Below are positions 35,500-44,887 of a DNA stretch of 64,000 bases, in pieces. The notes below the pieces were generated by a model. It was given only the letters and a program-made list of their open reading frames with translations. It ran no database searches and was not told where the DNA came from. Made by a program: the position numbers and the translations under genes. This DNA is from a virus. The stretch lies in IMG/VR virus record IMGVR_UViG_3300008050_007409. One strand, given 5' to 3'. Numbering within the stretch: the first letter of the stretch is position 1; each line of letters begins with the position of its first letter.

Positions 35500-36429
35500 A
35501 TGGAGAACCCACAGAACATGAGCACTCAGCAGATCCTCCGGACCCCGGCCTCTGACCTGGTCCCAGATCCCAAGACCCCCTTCGTCGACGTGAACGGCGT
35601 CTTCGACGACGCCCTCGACTACATCGTCCCCGGAGACATCCCGGTCCAGAACCTCCTCTTCAACAGCAAGCACGGCCTGGGCAAGACCCTGCTCTGCGCC
35701 CACCTGATCAAGAAGCTGGGCGAGAAGCTGGGGCTGGCCGTGCCCCTGGTCACCTTCGACTGCTCCGAGGACACTCGGGAGTGGGACCTCATCGGCATGC
35801 CGACCGTCCTGCCCGACGGCTCCACGGCCTTCCAGCTCGGACCCTTCCCGCTCGCCATCGACCTGGCCAACGAGGTCGGCTGCGCGGCGCTGCTCCTGGA
35901 AGAGATCAGCGCCCTGCCTCCCGGAGCGCAGAAGGTCTGCAACCGGATGACCGACTGGCGGAACGGCATCTACGTGGCACCGGTCGGTCAGATGTTCCGG
36001 CTCAACTCCGGTGCGACCCTGATCGTCCTGGCCACCATGAACCCCTCGGCCTACGGCGGCGTCTACTCGCTGAACCAGGACCTCCGCTCCCGCTTCGGCG
36101 AGGAGAAGCTGGACCCGCCCACCCGAGCCCAGATGGAGAAGATCCTCAAGAAGGTCTGCCCCTGGGCCAAGCCGGCGCTCGTCAAGCAGGTCGCCCAGCT
36201 CAGTGAGGAGACCCAGGCGGAGTCGCTCGAGTACAGCCTCAGCACCCGCGACATGGTCCAGCTCCTCCAGAAGATCCAGCGCAAGAAGGGCAAGCTGGAG
36301 TCGCCCCTCCGCCAGGTCATGCACAAGTTCGAGGGCACCGAGATGAACACCGTCGCCGACCGAATCGACGGCATCTTCGCCACGCGCCTCAAGTCGAACG
36401 TGCCTGGGCGTCGGGCCTCCCATGTCTGA
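35500..36429 (+). CDS. MoxR/CbbQ/NorQ-like AAA+ ATPase
   Basis: SKHGLGKT, DCSEDTREWDLIG, LLLEEI, ATMNP, LNQDLRSRF, STRD. Confidence 0.85.
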   Translation: MENPQNMSTQQILRTPASDLVPDPKTPFVDVNGVFDDALDYIVPGDIPVQNLLFNSKHGLGKTLLCAHLIKKLGEKLGLAVPLVTFDCSEDTREWDLIGMPTVLPDGSTAFQLGPFPLAIDLANEVGCAALLLEEISALPPGAQKVCNRMTDWRNGIYVAPVGQMFRLNSGATLIVLATMNPSAYGGVYSLNQDLRSRFGEEKLDPPTRAQMEKILKKVCPWAKPALVKQVAQLSEETQAESLEYSLSTRDMVQLLQKIQRKKGKLESPLRQVMHKFEGTEMNTVADRIDGIFATRLKSNVPGRRASHV

Positions 36430-38503
36430 CTCGAAGCAGAAGGTCTACGTCCCTCCGATCAAGCCGGGGAACAAGGGCCCGACTCGGAACGACCGGACCC
36501 TGAAGTGGCCGAAGATGATGGAGGACGGCAAGTTCACCGCGGCCTACCGGGCCTTCAGCGAGGACATGTCCGTCTGCTACGACCTGGTCGACATCGGGAG
36601 CTACATCGTCGGACGTCGCCTCGTCCTCGTCGCCGGCGGACCCCGCCAGGGCATCACGAAGGCGGCGACGGACGGCACCAAGATCTTCCTCCCCAAGATG
36701 CACCCGGCCCGTCGAGTGGCCACCAAGCACGAGCTCTCCCACATCTTCTTCAAGTCGAACCTGGCCCTGCGGCTGGCCTTCGTCCGAGGGATGATCAAGA
36801 AGTTCGAGGAGGACCGTGGACGGCCTCTGGCCCTTCACCTGAAGGGGCAGATGACCGACGACCTGTGCTTCTTCATCAACATCCTGGACGACTGGCGGGT
36901 CAACAGCCTGTGGGGATTGATCTACCCAGGCGACGGCCGGGACATGGACGAGCACTACGTCGACAAGATCGGCCCGGCCATGATGAAGAAGGCGCAGAAG
37001 ATCTTCAAGAACGGGGACGTCGACCACCTGTTCACCTACGCCATCCTGCTCTGCCTGGACCAGCCGGCGCAGAGCTCGAAGTGGGGTGAGTTCGAGGACG
37101 ACATCATCCAGACCCGCGACGACGTGCTCTGGACCAGCTTCCCCTCCTGCCTGGTGGCCTGCCGCCACCTGGTGGAGAAGATCCTCAAGAAGGTCGCCGA
37201 GGACATGGAGGAGGCCCCGCAGCCCCAGCCTGACCCGCTCAACGGCCTGCAGGCCGACCCCAAGCAGGCGGGGAAGGACCTGGGCGACGCCGACGACAGC
37301 GGCCAGGACCTCTCCCAGACCGGCCCCAACCAGTCCATCGAGGACGACATCAAGGCCAAGCAGAGGGAGAAGGCCGCGGCCGCAGCTGCCGACAAGGCGC
37401 TGCAGGAGCTGTTCAAGGGCAAGAAGCCCTCGGCCATCGAGTTCCGCTCCGACAACGCGGGCTTCGACGACAACCACCAGATCCCAGAGCGGAAGGTCAC
37501 CGATCCGATCATCACCAGCCAGGTCCTCAAGCTGCTCAAGATCGACCCCAAGGACGCTGGCTCCGTCCAGGACTTCCTGGACCGGGCTGGCGACGCCGGA
37601 GCTCAGCAGGCTCAGCAGATCAAGAAGAAGCTGGACGCACGAGCTCGCGACCCGCTCATCCAGAAGAGCGACTACCTGAAGAAGGCCGTGAAGGCGGACC
37701 TCCAGATCATCAAGGTGAAGAGGGAGCGACTCCGTGCCGCTGCCCTGTCTCCGGAGGATCTGGAGGTCGCCGAGAAGTGGCGGAAGCAGGTGATCCGAGC
37801 GATGGGTGCTCTGCAGAACCGGATGGTCCACCAGGGAGGCCGCCTGTCGGTCCCGGACCTGATCCGCGCCCAGCAGAGCGGGATGCCCATCCCCTGCTTC
37901 CGGCGAGAGGTCACCGGCCGCGGGTTCGAGGTCATCATCTCGGTGGACATGAGCGGTTCGATGGCCGGGAGCCTGTTCGCTGAGGTCGAGCGGCTGGTGC
38001 TCATCCTCCGCCGAGCTCTGGACTTCCCCTTCGTCAAGATGCGGGTCCAGGGCTGGGCCAGCAAGGAGGACGGCGGCGTCACGCTCTACGACTACCCGGT
38101 CTGCACGGGGAACGAGGGCCTGGTCTCTCCCGAGAGCCGCGCCGGCGGCGTCACGCCGTTGAGCTTCGCGGTCCAGCTCGCTGGCCAGAGCCTCCGGAAC
38201 TCCCGCAACGAGCGCCACGTCTTCCTGCTCAGCGACGGCTTCCCGGTCTACCGGCTCAAGAACAAGAGCCAGTACATGCAGACCGGCGCCCTGCAGGAGT
38301 GGACCCGAGACGCGGTGCAGGAGCTCCGCAAGCAGCGCATCCGGTGCTGGTGCTGGATGATCGGCCGCCACGTCCCCCGCGATGGTGCGATGGACCAGAT
38401 GTTCGGCCCTCGGAACTGGCGAAAGATCAACGTCGAGCAGCTCTACCAGGACGGCTTCGACTTCCTCACCCAACAGTTCCTCGCCTACCTCCGGAGTCGT
38501 TGA
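36422..38503 (+). CDS. vWA-domain partner (CobT/NorD-like) with N-terminal HExxH domain
   Basis: AATDG...HELSH...NILDDWRVN; MIDAS VDMSGSM, GVTP, LLSDGFP. Confidence 0.85.
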   Translation: MSDSKQKVYVPPIKPGNKGPTRNDRTLKWPKMMEDGKFTAAYRAFSEDMSVCYDLVDIGSYIVGRRLVLVAGGPRQGITKAATDGTKIFLPKMHPARRVATKHELSHIFFKSNLALRLAFVRGMIKKFEEDRGRPLALHLKGQMTDDLCFFINILDDWRVNSLWGLIYPGDGRDMDEHYVDKIGPAMMKKAQKIFKNGDVDHLFTYAILLCLDQPAQSSKWGEFEDDIIQTRDDVLWTSFPSCLVACRHLVEKILKKVAEDMEEAPQPQPDPLNGLQADPKQAGKDLGDADDSGQDLSQTGPNQSIEDDIKAKQREKAAAAAADKALQELFKGKKPSAIEFRSDNAGFDDNHQIPERKVTDPIITSQVLKLLKIDPKDAGSVQDFLDRAGDAGAQQAQQIKKKLDARARDPLIQKSDYLKKAVKADLQIIKVKRERLRAAALSPEDLEVAEKWRKQVIRAMGALQNRMVHQGGRLSVPDLIRAQQSGMPIPCFRREVTGRGFEVIISVDMSGSMAGSLFAEVERLVLILRRALDFPFVKMRVQGWASKEDGGVTLYDYPVCTGNEGLVSPESRAGGVTPLSFAVQLAGQSLRNSRNERHVFLLSDGFPVYRLKNKSQYMQTGALQEWTRDAVQELRKQRIRCWCWMIGRHVPRDGAMDQMFGPRNWRKINVEQLYQDGFDFLTQQFLAYLRSR

Positions 38504-38967
38504 TGCTCGAAGACCACCCCGTGATCAAGGAGTTCCTGAAGTGGCTCTACGATCCGCAACCTCATGGCTGGCCCACCTACGCCTCCTACACCGGCCTCGA
38601 GGGGTTGGAGTTCCGTCGCAGTCTGGAGGGGGAGCATCCCCACGTCGTCGAGACCTGGAAGCCCGGCGATGAGGAGGCTTGCGGGCAGATCTGCCTCGAC
38701 TGCGGTTGCTCCAACCACCAGCCCTGCGGTGAGGGCAACTGTCCCCACTGCGGGCCCTGGGCCTCCGGTCGCCAGATCGGCTGGATCCCCCAGAAGACCT
38801 GGGGGTTCCGCTGCGATGCCCAGACCCTCGAAGGTGACTGCCACTGGAGTCACCTCTCCGAAGGCGGCGATCCCCCCAACCCCTGCGGCGAGGCCAAGAA
38901 GTGCCTCAAGGGCAGGGACGACTACTACGGCTGCGCCGGGAAGGAGCTCAAGACGACATGCACCTGA
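38503..38967 (+). CDS. Cys-rich hypothetical protein
   Basis: MLEDHPVIK start coupled to the upstream stop. Confidence 0.55.
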   Translation: MLEDHPVIKEFLKWLYDPQPHGWPTYASYTGLEGLEFRRSLEGEHPHVVETWKPGDEEACGQICLDCGCSNHQPCGEGNCPHCGPWASGRQIGWIPQKTWGFRCDAQTLEGDCHWSHLSEGGDPPNPCGEAKKCLKGRDDYYGCAGKELKTTCT

Positions 38968-39704
38968 ACCGACTCGAATTCGACAGGAAGTTCCCTGGCC
39001 CGGTCCTGGGTCTCGATGAGGTGGGGACCGGAGCCATCGCCGGCCCGATCACCGTCTGCGGCCTGGTCCTGCCGGGCGACCCCGAGGTCGAGGAGCTGCT
39101 CTACAAGGCAGGGGCTCGGGACTCGAAGCAGCTCAGCCCCTCTCGAAGGGAGGCCATCGCCGAGCTGGTCCACGATCACTACGTCTGGCACTACATCGTC
39201 CAGGTCGAGGCCGTGGACTACAAGAAGGGCTGGATGGCCAGGCACCTGGACGACCTGTTCCGGCAGGTGTTGAACGAGGCCCTGGCTCGAGGCCCCGCGG
39301 TGAAGACCATCATCATCGACGGGGACCAGGACCGGGACCTCAGGGGCTACCACTTCCGGGCGATCCCCAAGGCCGACGACAAGTCCCTGACGGTCGCCTG
39401 CGCCTCCATCATGGCCAAGGTCCACCGGGACCGGCAGATGGCGGCCCTGGAGGGAGATCACCCCGGCTACGGCTTCGCCCAGCACAACGGCTACTGCACC
39501 AAGCAGCACAAGGAGGCTCTCCTCCGCCTGGGCACCGTCGACGGCGTGCACCGCGACAACAAGGTCACCAGACGGGTCAGCGCCTCTCGATCAGCGCTCC
39601 CGGAGGCGGAGCGGGACGGGGCTTGGACCTCGCGACTGCGCCGGAGGGAGTCTTCCGTCGCAGACGCTCGACGATTCCGTCCTGGTAGCGGAAGATTCCG
39701 TTGA
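38958..39704 (+). CDS. rnhB: Ribonuclease HII
   Basis: GLDEVGTGAIAGP, RDSKQLS, IIIDG, KADDKSLTVACASIMAKVHRD, YGFAQHNGY. Confidence 0.9.
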   Translation: MHLNRLEFDRKFPGPVLGLDEVGTGAIAGPITVCGLVLPGDPEVEELLYKAGARDSKQLSPSRREAIAELVHDHYVWHYIVQVEAVDYKKGWMARHLDDLFRQVLNEALARGPAVKTIIIDGDQDRDLRGYHFRAIPKADDKSLTVACASIMAKVHRDRQMAALEGDHPGYGFAQHNGYCTKQHKEALLRLGTVDGVHRDNKVTRRVSASRSALPEAERDGAWTSRLRRRESSVADARRFRPGSGRFR

Positions 39705-40035
39705 GGGCAGCGATCCTCGTCACCCGCCGGACAGAGCCGTCCGGCAACTCCACCTGCTCTCCTGGGCCGAAGATCAGCGTGTAGCGTTGGTCTTCGGCCT
39801 GGAGTGTCCTGGCGATTTCATTCTCCCGTAGACTCAGCTTCTGAGCAGCCAGGGAGGCTGTGCGCGCTTCGGCCACGAGCTCGTAGATGAGCACCTGCCG
39901 TCCCTTCCGCTTGGTCCAGACGCCCTTCTTCATGTTGAGCTGCTGGATCCGGGGACTGGCCCCGATCTTGGAGCCGACCTCGACGTAGAGCACGGTCGAG
40001 GCGAAGCGTCTGAGCAGGCTGTGGATCGGGTACAT
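39577..40035 (-). CDS. Hypothetical protein
   Basis: 152 aa; -10-like TACGAT 7 nt upstream; 3' end overlaps rnhB. Confidence 0.55.
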   Translation of the reverse strand: MYPIHSLLRRFASTVLYVEVGSKIGASPRIQQLNMKKGVWTKRKGRQVLIYELVAEARTASLAAQKLSLRENEIARTLQAEDQRYTLIFGPGEQVELPDGSVRRVTRIAALNGIFRYQDGIVERLRRKTPSGAVARSKPRPAPPPGALIERR

Positions 40036-40107
40036 GGTCTACATCGTAAGCGAGAGCAGACGCACGCGCCCCGGCCACGCCTTGCGACGCAGCCGGGGGT
40101 TGTACGA

Positions 40108-41439
40108 TCAGGGCTGTGCGTTCAGGACCTGCTGGGCGGTCACCTGGGTCTGCAGGACGTGGAGCAGGCTCCTCATGAGGACCGGGGTGTCCTTCCGGAC
40201 CCGGACCCCCTTCGGAGTCGACGCCGGCCGCTGACGCGGCTTCGCCTGGGGACGGGCACGTGCCCGGCTCACGGGCACGTTGCTCAAGTCCATGCGGAAG
40301 GTCAGAGGCTCTCGCTCGAGCTGACGACCGGCGACCTTGCGAGCCGCGTAGACGCCTTCCTCCTCCCAGCCGTAGATCTGGCCGACCAGGCGGTCGAAGG
40401 CCTTCGTGAAGCGCTCACCGTCCCGGCTGCGGGTGCTGCGCATGAGCTTCTGCGCGTGGCCGACATCGGTGAACTTGCCGTCCTTCACCAGGTACTCGGC
40501 AGCCTCCTTCGAGCTCTGGGCGCTGATCAACGCCTTGACGGTGACCAGGATGCCCCGGTACTCGGTCATGTTGAAGCGCTGTCTCCAGAAGGCGATGATC
40601 GCTCCAGCCTGCCGAGAGTCCTCCTCGATGCGCTGCTTCTCGGCCTCCTTCTCGGCCTCGTCCGCGATCCGAGCCTCCTCAGCCTCCTTCGCGGCCTGCA
40701 CCTCGTCCGCGATCTGGGCCTTCAGGATCTCGTAGGCCCCGATGGCCTGACCGTACTCCTCGTCCAGCGGCCCCTTCAGCTCCTGGAAGATGTCCTGGTT
40801 CGCCTCGAGGAGCGCCGTGAGGCCGTCGTGAGCGGCAACGACACCGACGACGTCCTCCTTGTCGACGCACTTCCGCATCTCGGAGATGAGGGCACGTCCG
40901 GACTCGATGGCCTGGGCGATCCGCATCTCGTCCTGGTGCTGGTTCGAGAGCTCGAAGAGGTCCTTCGCCCCTCGGTAGAGTTCGTCCAGGACAGAGACGT
41001 TGTAGTCCACACGACAGGTCTCGGTCGTCATCACCCGGTCCAGCTCCTTCCAGACCTCGTCGAAGGCCACCTTGGCAGTACCAAAGTCGGACTCACCTTC
41101 GTAGGCCAGCACCAGGGCCTCAGAGGTCTCCTGCACCTTCTGGGTCAGCTTCTGGGTGTTCTTGGCCTGGGCGATGGCCCTCTCCCGCTCCATGATCCAC
41201 AGCTCGGCGTCCAGGTGCGCCAGGATCTTCTCCGCGGTCTTGGCGCCGACCTTGTGGAGGTCGGTGAGCAGCCCGTCGACCTTGATGGCCTTCGACTTCA
41301 CCTTCGCTGCGATGTTCTCCGCGTTCTTCCCCTTGAAGGGGAACTTGCCCCCGATCTCGATGCCCTGCAGTGCGGTGACGAGCTCTCCAGTGCTCATCAT
41401 GTCGATCATCCGAAGATGGTCGCGGTGGTTGGTGTCCAT
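40108..41439 (-). CDS. Coiled-coil hypothetical protein with HhH-like motif
   Basis: 443 aa; LHKVGAKTAEKIL; SD AGGAGG. Confidence 0.7.
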   Translation of the reverse strand: MDTNHRDHLRMIDMMSTGELVTALQGIEIGGKFPFKGKNAENIAAKVKSKAIKVDGLLTDLHKVGAKTAEKILAHLDAELWIMERERAIAQAKNTQKLTQKVQETSEALVLAYEGESDFGTAKVAFDEVWKELDRVMTTETCRVDYNVSVLDELYRGAKDLFELSNQHQDEMRIAQAIESGRALISEMRKCVDKEDVVGVVAAHDGLTALLEANQDIFQELKGPLDEEYGQAIGAYEILKAQIADEVQAAKEAEEARIADEAEKEAEKQRIEEDSRQAGAIIAFWRQRFNMTEYRGILVTVKALISAQSSKEAAEYLVKDGKFTDVGHAQKLMRSTRSRDGERFTKAFDRLVGQIYGWEEEGVYAARKVAGRQLEREPLTFRMDLSNVPVSRARARPQAKPRQRPASTPKGVRVRKDTPVLMRSLLHVLQTQVTAQQVLNAQP

Positions 41440-41476
41440 GAACCCTCCTGTTGTGTTGGGGATCGTTCCCCTTGGG

Positions 41477-41547
41477 TCAGGTTCTTATGCGTGGATCAAC
41501 CTCCTCATTACGCGTAGATACGTCCCGATTCTTGGATAAGAAGCCGA
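41477..41547. promoter_or_regulatory. Back-to-back ATAAG-N4-YGA promoter-like motifs
   Basis: CATAAG on minus strand (41489-41484) and GATAAG on plus strand (41535-41540) between divergent genes. Confidence 0.6.
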
Positions 41548-41563
41548 ACCCCCAACCAAGGAG

Positions 41564-42190
41564 ATGCACCTGGACTCAGAGCATCACACTGGCGTGTACC
41601 AATCAGAGTTCTACCTCCAATGGGCACTGGAGGATCTGGACTCCTTCGACAACATGGAACTCACCTACATGCACTCCGTCGAGCCCGTCATGCGGATCGT
41701 GGAGAAGGGTCGAGGCGGCGGCATCAAGAGGCTCATCGCACGGGAGAGATTCCGGAAGCACCAGGAGACCTCGGACTACACGATCCACGCCGACTACGAG
41801 GACTTCGACGACGTAGACCACGGCTTCGACATGCTCATGGCAGACCACCAGTGCTGGGCGATCTACTTCGACGGGCCCGGACTTGAGTGGGTACCTGAGA
41901 TCGAAGACTGTATGGATGCCCTGGAGGCCATCCTCGCCCGCGAAGAGAACACTCTGGTGGTCTTGATCGACGTGCACGGTGGCAACACCTACGTGGTCCG
42001 TTCCCCATACATCGCTGAGGGTCGATTCCACCCTGACGCTGGTTACTACGCTTTCGACGAGGTCGTGTCGTTCGGAGAGCACCCAGGACACAACACCCAC
42101 GAGGCCTACGCGCTCACGCCCGAAATCCTCGAAGCTGCAGCAGAAATACAGAAGACCCTGGAGGGCTACGAGAATGAACATGCAGGTTGA
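41564..42190 (+). CDS. Hypothetical protein (likely paralog of next gene)
   Basis: 208 aa, SD AAGGAG. Confidence 0.7.
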   Translation: MHLDSEHHTGVYQSEFYLQWALEDLDSFDNMELTYMHSVEPVMRIVEKGRGGGIKRLIARERFRKHQETSDYTIHADYEDFDDVDHGFDMLMADHQCWAIYFDGPGLEWVPEIEDCMDALEAILAREENTLVVLIDVHGGNTYVVRSPYIAEGRFHPDAGYYAFDEVVSFGEHPGHNTHEAYALTPEILEAAAEIQKTLEGYENEHAG

Positions 42191-42863
42191 GGACCTCCCT
42201 CAGCGCGGAGTCTACCCAGCCACAGAGTCCGTGATCGACTGGCTCTCCCACAAGTTCGAGGCCATCGATCAGGGAGTCTTCGTCCACTTCCGAGGCCTCC
42301 GCAAGATCGTCAAGTCCGTGGACAGAGCGGAAGGTGGATCTGTGATCCATCGTCTCAAGGCCAGGTCCGCCCTGCGCGAATACAACGAGACCCACGAGAC
42401 TGATGTCCGCTGGACCGACGTGAAGCACAGAACCACCAATTACGTCCCGGCCTTCGCCGGCGACTGGGTGGCCTTCACCGACAACTCCAAGTCCATCCTG
42501 GAGGACCCGGAAGACGGCTCGAACTACTACATCGAGGACGCCCTCTACGGGGCTCCGATGGACGTCCGCTGGGCGATCATCTGGGATCCGATGGAGTGCA
42601 TCATCGTGGTCTACCGGTCCCCGGTCCTCAAGGACTGCCTGGACATCGACCAGGAGCAGCTCCTCTCCTGCGGCATGACCCAAGGAGACCGGCTGTCCTT
42701 CGTCCTCCCCTCGGAGATCGAGGGAGCCATCCGACAGGACGTGGACAGGATGGAGAACGACAACCAGCCCTCCGGAGTCATCTCGGAGCACGCGCTGATG
42801 AATCCCCCCGCACGCGTCGAGAACATCAGCATCACGGAGTTCCTCTCATGGGCGAAGTGGTAG
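42174..42863 (+). CDS. Hypothetical protein (likely paralog of previous gene)
   Basis: MNMQVEDL start; shares RL.AR...R...ET and RSP motifs. Confidence 0.7.
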   Translation: MNMQVEDLPQRGVYPATESVIDWLSHKFEAIDQGVFVHFRGLRKIVKSVDRAEGGSVIHRLKARSALREYNETHETDVRWTDVKHRTTNYVPAFAGDWVAFTDNSKSILEDPEDGSNYYIEDALYGAPMDVRWAIIWDPMECIIVVYRSPVLKDCLDIDQEQLLSCGMTQGDRLSFVLPSEIEGAIRQDVDRMENDNQPSGVISEHALMNPPARVENISITEFLSWAKW

Positions 42864-43483
42864 ATCCACGAATCGAGAAGCGGTGGGAGGGAGTCCCTCT
42901 CAACGCCAGGCCTGGAGGGTGGCAGAAGTGGGACGGCCTCCAGGTCCGTCGCTGGAAGGAGGCGGCGCAGAAGCGATACCGCAAGAAGCTTCAGTGGATG
43001 AAGAAGATCACCGAGCTGGCCAGCCGCGAGAGGAAGGGTCCGGTCTCCATCCGTGTCGCGGACGGCGGACTGCCGGTGATCGTCGAGGCCACCTACGGAC
43101 CCCTCTCGGGCCGCCCGAGCTTCATCATCACGGTCCGGGAGGAGAACCCCCTGGCTGAGGGGATCAACGAGGCCGGGATGCGCATGTCCTACTTCGACGG
43201 GTGCAAGCAGCTCCCCTTCCACGCCATCCCCCACAGGCTCTCGGAGCTCCCCGCGGTCTTCACCGACCTGACCACCGAGCACAAGATCATCGGCCCGCGC
43301 CGCTTCCTCACGAAGCTGTTCGAGGTCATCGGATACTTCGGCGGCAACGCCACCGTCATCATCAAGCCCAGCAACCTCACCTTCACGGTGGATCCGGAGC
43401 AGTTCCGACGCTGGGCAGAGAAGCCGGAGGAGATGCTCTCCTTGCTGGCTGGTCAGATGAAATCTCTGGAGGATCACGGATAA
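42848..43483 (+). CDS. Hypothetical protein (FGGNATVIIK motif)
   Basis: MGEVVDPR start. Confidence 0.65.
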   Translation: MGEVVDPRIEKRWEGVPLNARPGGWQKWDGLQVRRWKEAAQKRYRKKLQWMKKITELASRERKGPVSIRVADGGLPVIVEATYGPLSGRPSFIITVREENPLAEGINEAGMRMSYFDGCKQLPFHAIPHRLSELPAVFTDLTTEHKIIGPRRFLTKLFEVIGYFGGNATVIIKPSNLTFTVDPEQFRRWAEKPEEMLSLLAGQMKSLEDHG

Positions 43484-43930
43484 GTGAGCGACACCAAGGA
43501 CACGCTGGCGGGGATTCGCAAGAAGTTCTCCCGCACGGCAATCGAGCAGATCATGAAGACCAAGACCCTGGACGCCGACAAGCAGCGACGGCTCTGGGCC
43601 CGCGCCAGTGCGGGCAAGCGGTTCATCCTCACCCTCCTGGCGCCAGAGCTCTTGGAGCTGCGAGCTCGTCACGATGCTCTGGAGATGTTCGTCCTGGACT
43701 TCATCGAGCCTCGGCTGGGTGAAGAGACAGCCGAGAGCCTTCAGGAACGGCTGGAGACCTACCGCAGGAAGGCCTTGGCTGACCTGCCTGAGAACGACCA
43801 GCTCAAGCACTTCGCCGACCCGGCCATCCAGAAGGAGATCTGGAAGGGCATCGAGGATGGGATGAAGCGCAGCGTCGAGAAGAGCCAGCGCAAGAAGCTC
43901 CTCAGCAGCGCTGGCGTCGAGGAGCAGTGA
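43484..43930 (+). CDS. Hypothetical protein
   Basis: 148 aa, helical. Confidence 0.65.
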   Translation: MSDTKDTLAGIRKKFSRTAIEQIMKTKTLDADKQRRLWARASAGKRFILTLLAPELLELRARHDALEMFVLDFIEPRLGEETAESLQERLETYRRKALADLPENDQLKHFADPAIQKEIWKGIEDGMKRSVEKSQRKKLLSSAGVEEQ

Positions 43931-44181
43931 AGCCAAGTTTCCTCGTACCCTTTCTGTTCGGTCAGAAGGTCGAGGTGATTCGGGAAACCAGAGTGATCTT
44001 CGCAGGCGTGGAGTTCTGGATTCCTATGGGGTCGAAGGGTCGGGTGGTGCGAACTACTGCCGGATCCTCCTCGACCTTGGTACAGCTGGAGGACGAACAC
44101 CGACACCTCCAAATCCCCAACCTGAATCTCCTCCCGATCAACGTGGAGGAGCGCATCAAGACGAGGTTCAAGCGCAGATGA
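43927..44181 (+). CDS. Hypothetical protein
   Basis: 84 aa, coupled. Confidence 0.5.
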   Translation: MKPSFLVPFLFGQKVEVIRETRVIFAGVEFWIPMGSKGRVVRTTAGSSSTLVQLEDEHRHLQIPNLNLLPINVEERIKTRFKRR

Positions 44182-44492
44182 GCGTACAGATCACCATCCG
44201 GTTCGAGGACGGCACCCTCGAGACCGTGAGTACCGAAGCCTTCGTGCTGACCTCCTTCGAGGCCGAAGACGGCAACGAGGAAGGCCAGCTCTCCCCCAAG
44301 ACCTACGAATTCCCTCCCGGCAAGGGCTGGCCGGTCTTCGAGGCCATCGCCATCCTGGGCGAGCGCCTGATGCAGGAGCAGGGTCCGGTCATGCAGTCCA
44401 TCGGGATGGCCGTGCACAAGACCATGGAGGCCGGTCGCAAGATGATCGCCTCCGCCAACGAGGAGCTTCGGAAGTCGCAGGCAGACGGCTGA
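44178..44492 (+). CDS. Hypothetical protein
   Basis: 104 aa, coupled. Confidence 0.65.
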   Translation: MSVQITIRFEDGTLETVSTEAFVLTSFEAEDGNEEGQLSPKTYEFPPGKGWPVFEAIAILGERLMQEQGPVMQSIGMAVHKTMEAGRKMIASANEELRKSQADG

Positions 44493-44770
44493 GGACCTTC
44501 TACGTCTGGAGCGGCTCCCTTCTGGGAGAAGCCGTACAGGCTGAGAACCACTGGAGCGCGGTCGAGACGGCCGTACACCAGCAGGTCGACCGCCATGAGC
44601 ACTGCGTACTGGGTCCAGTTACCCGAGTAACTCTGCTCTCCCGAGGTGAGTCGGATGACGATGAGTGGATGGCGCCTCCCTACGAGGAGCACTTCCCTGG
44701 CCTCTTCATGGACGAAGATGGCCCCCTCGACGAGAACGATCTCGTCTTCACAGTGGCCTCCCTTGAGTAG
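44489..44770 (+). CDS. Hidden 93-aa ORF with CTG start
   Basis: CTGA overlap with upstream stop; (M)RTFYVWSGSLLGEAVQAENHWSAVETAV...VASLE*. Confidence 0.45.
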   Translation: MRTFYVWSGSLLGEAVQAENHWSAVETAVHQQVDRHEHCVLGPVTRVTLLSRGESDDDEWMAPPYEEHFPGLFMDEDGPLDENDLVFTVASLE

Positions 44771-44834
44771 TACTGTGAGTACCCCTCCGCCGGCCGATCG
44801 TGGCTGGCTACCCTTCGACAATCCGCAAAGCAGA

Positions 44835-44864
44835 CCCCCGGCGCCTACGACAGGTGCTGGGGGT
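44835..44864. terminator. GC-rich hairpin
   Basis: ACCCCCGGCGCCT / AGGTGCTGGGGGT. Confidence 0.4.
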
Positions 44865-44887
44865 TCCCGCCTTGCGACTGGAGAGAA

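Noticed and set aside
44820-44870. GCAAA plus hairpin, reminiscent of a c-di-GMP-I riboswitch
   Set aside because: GNRA-capped P2 and the remaining consensus are missing
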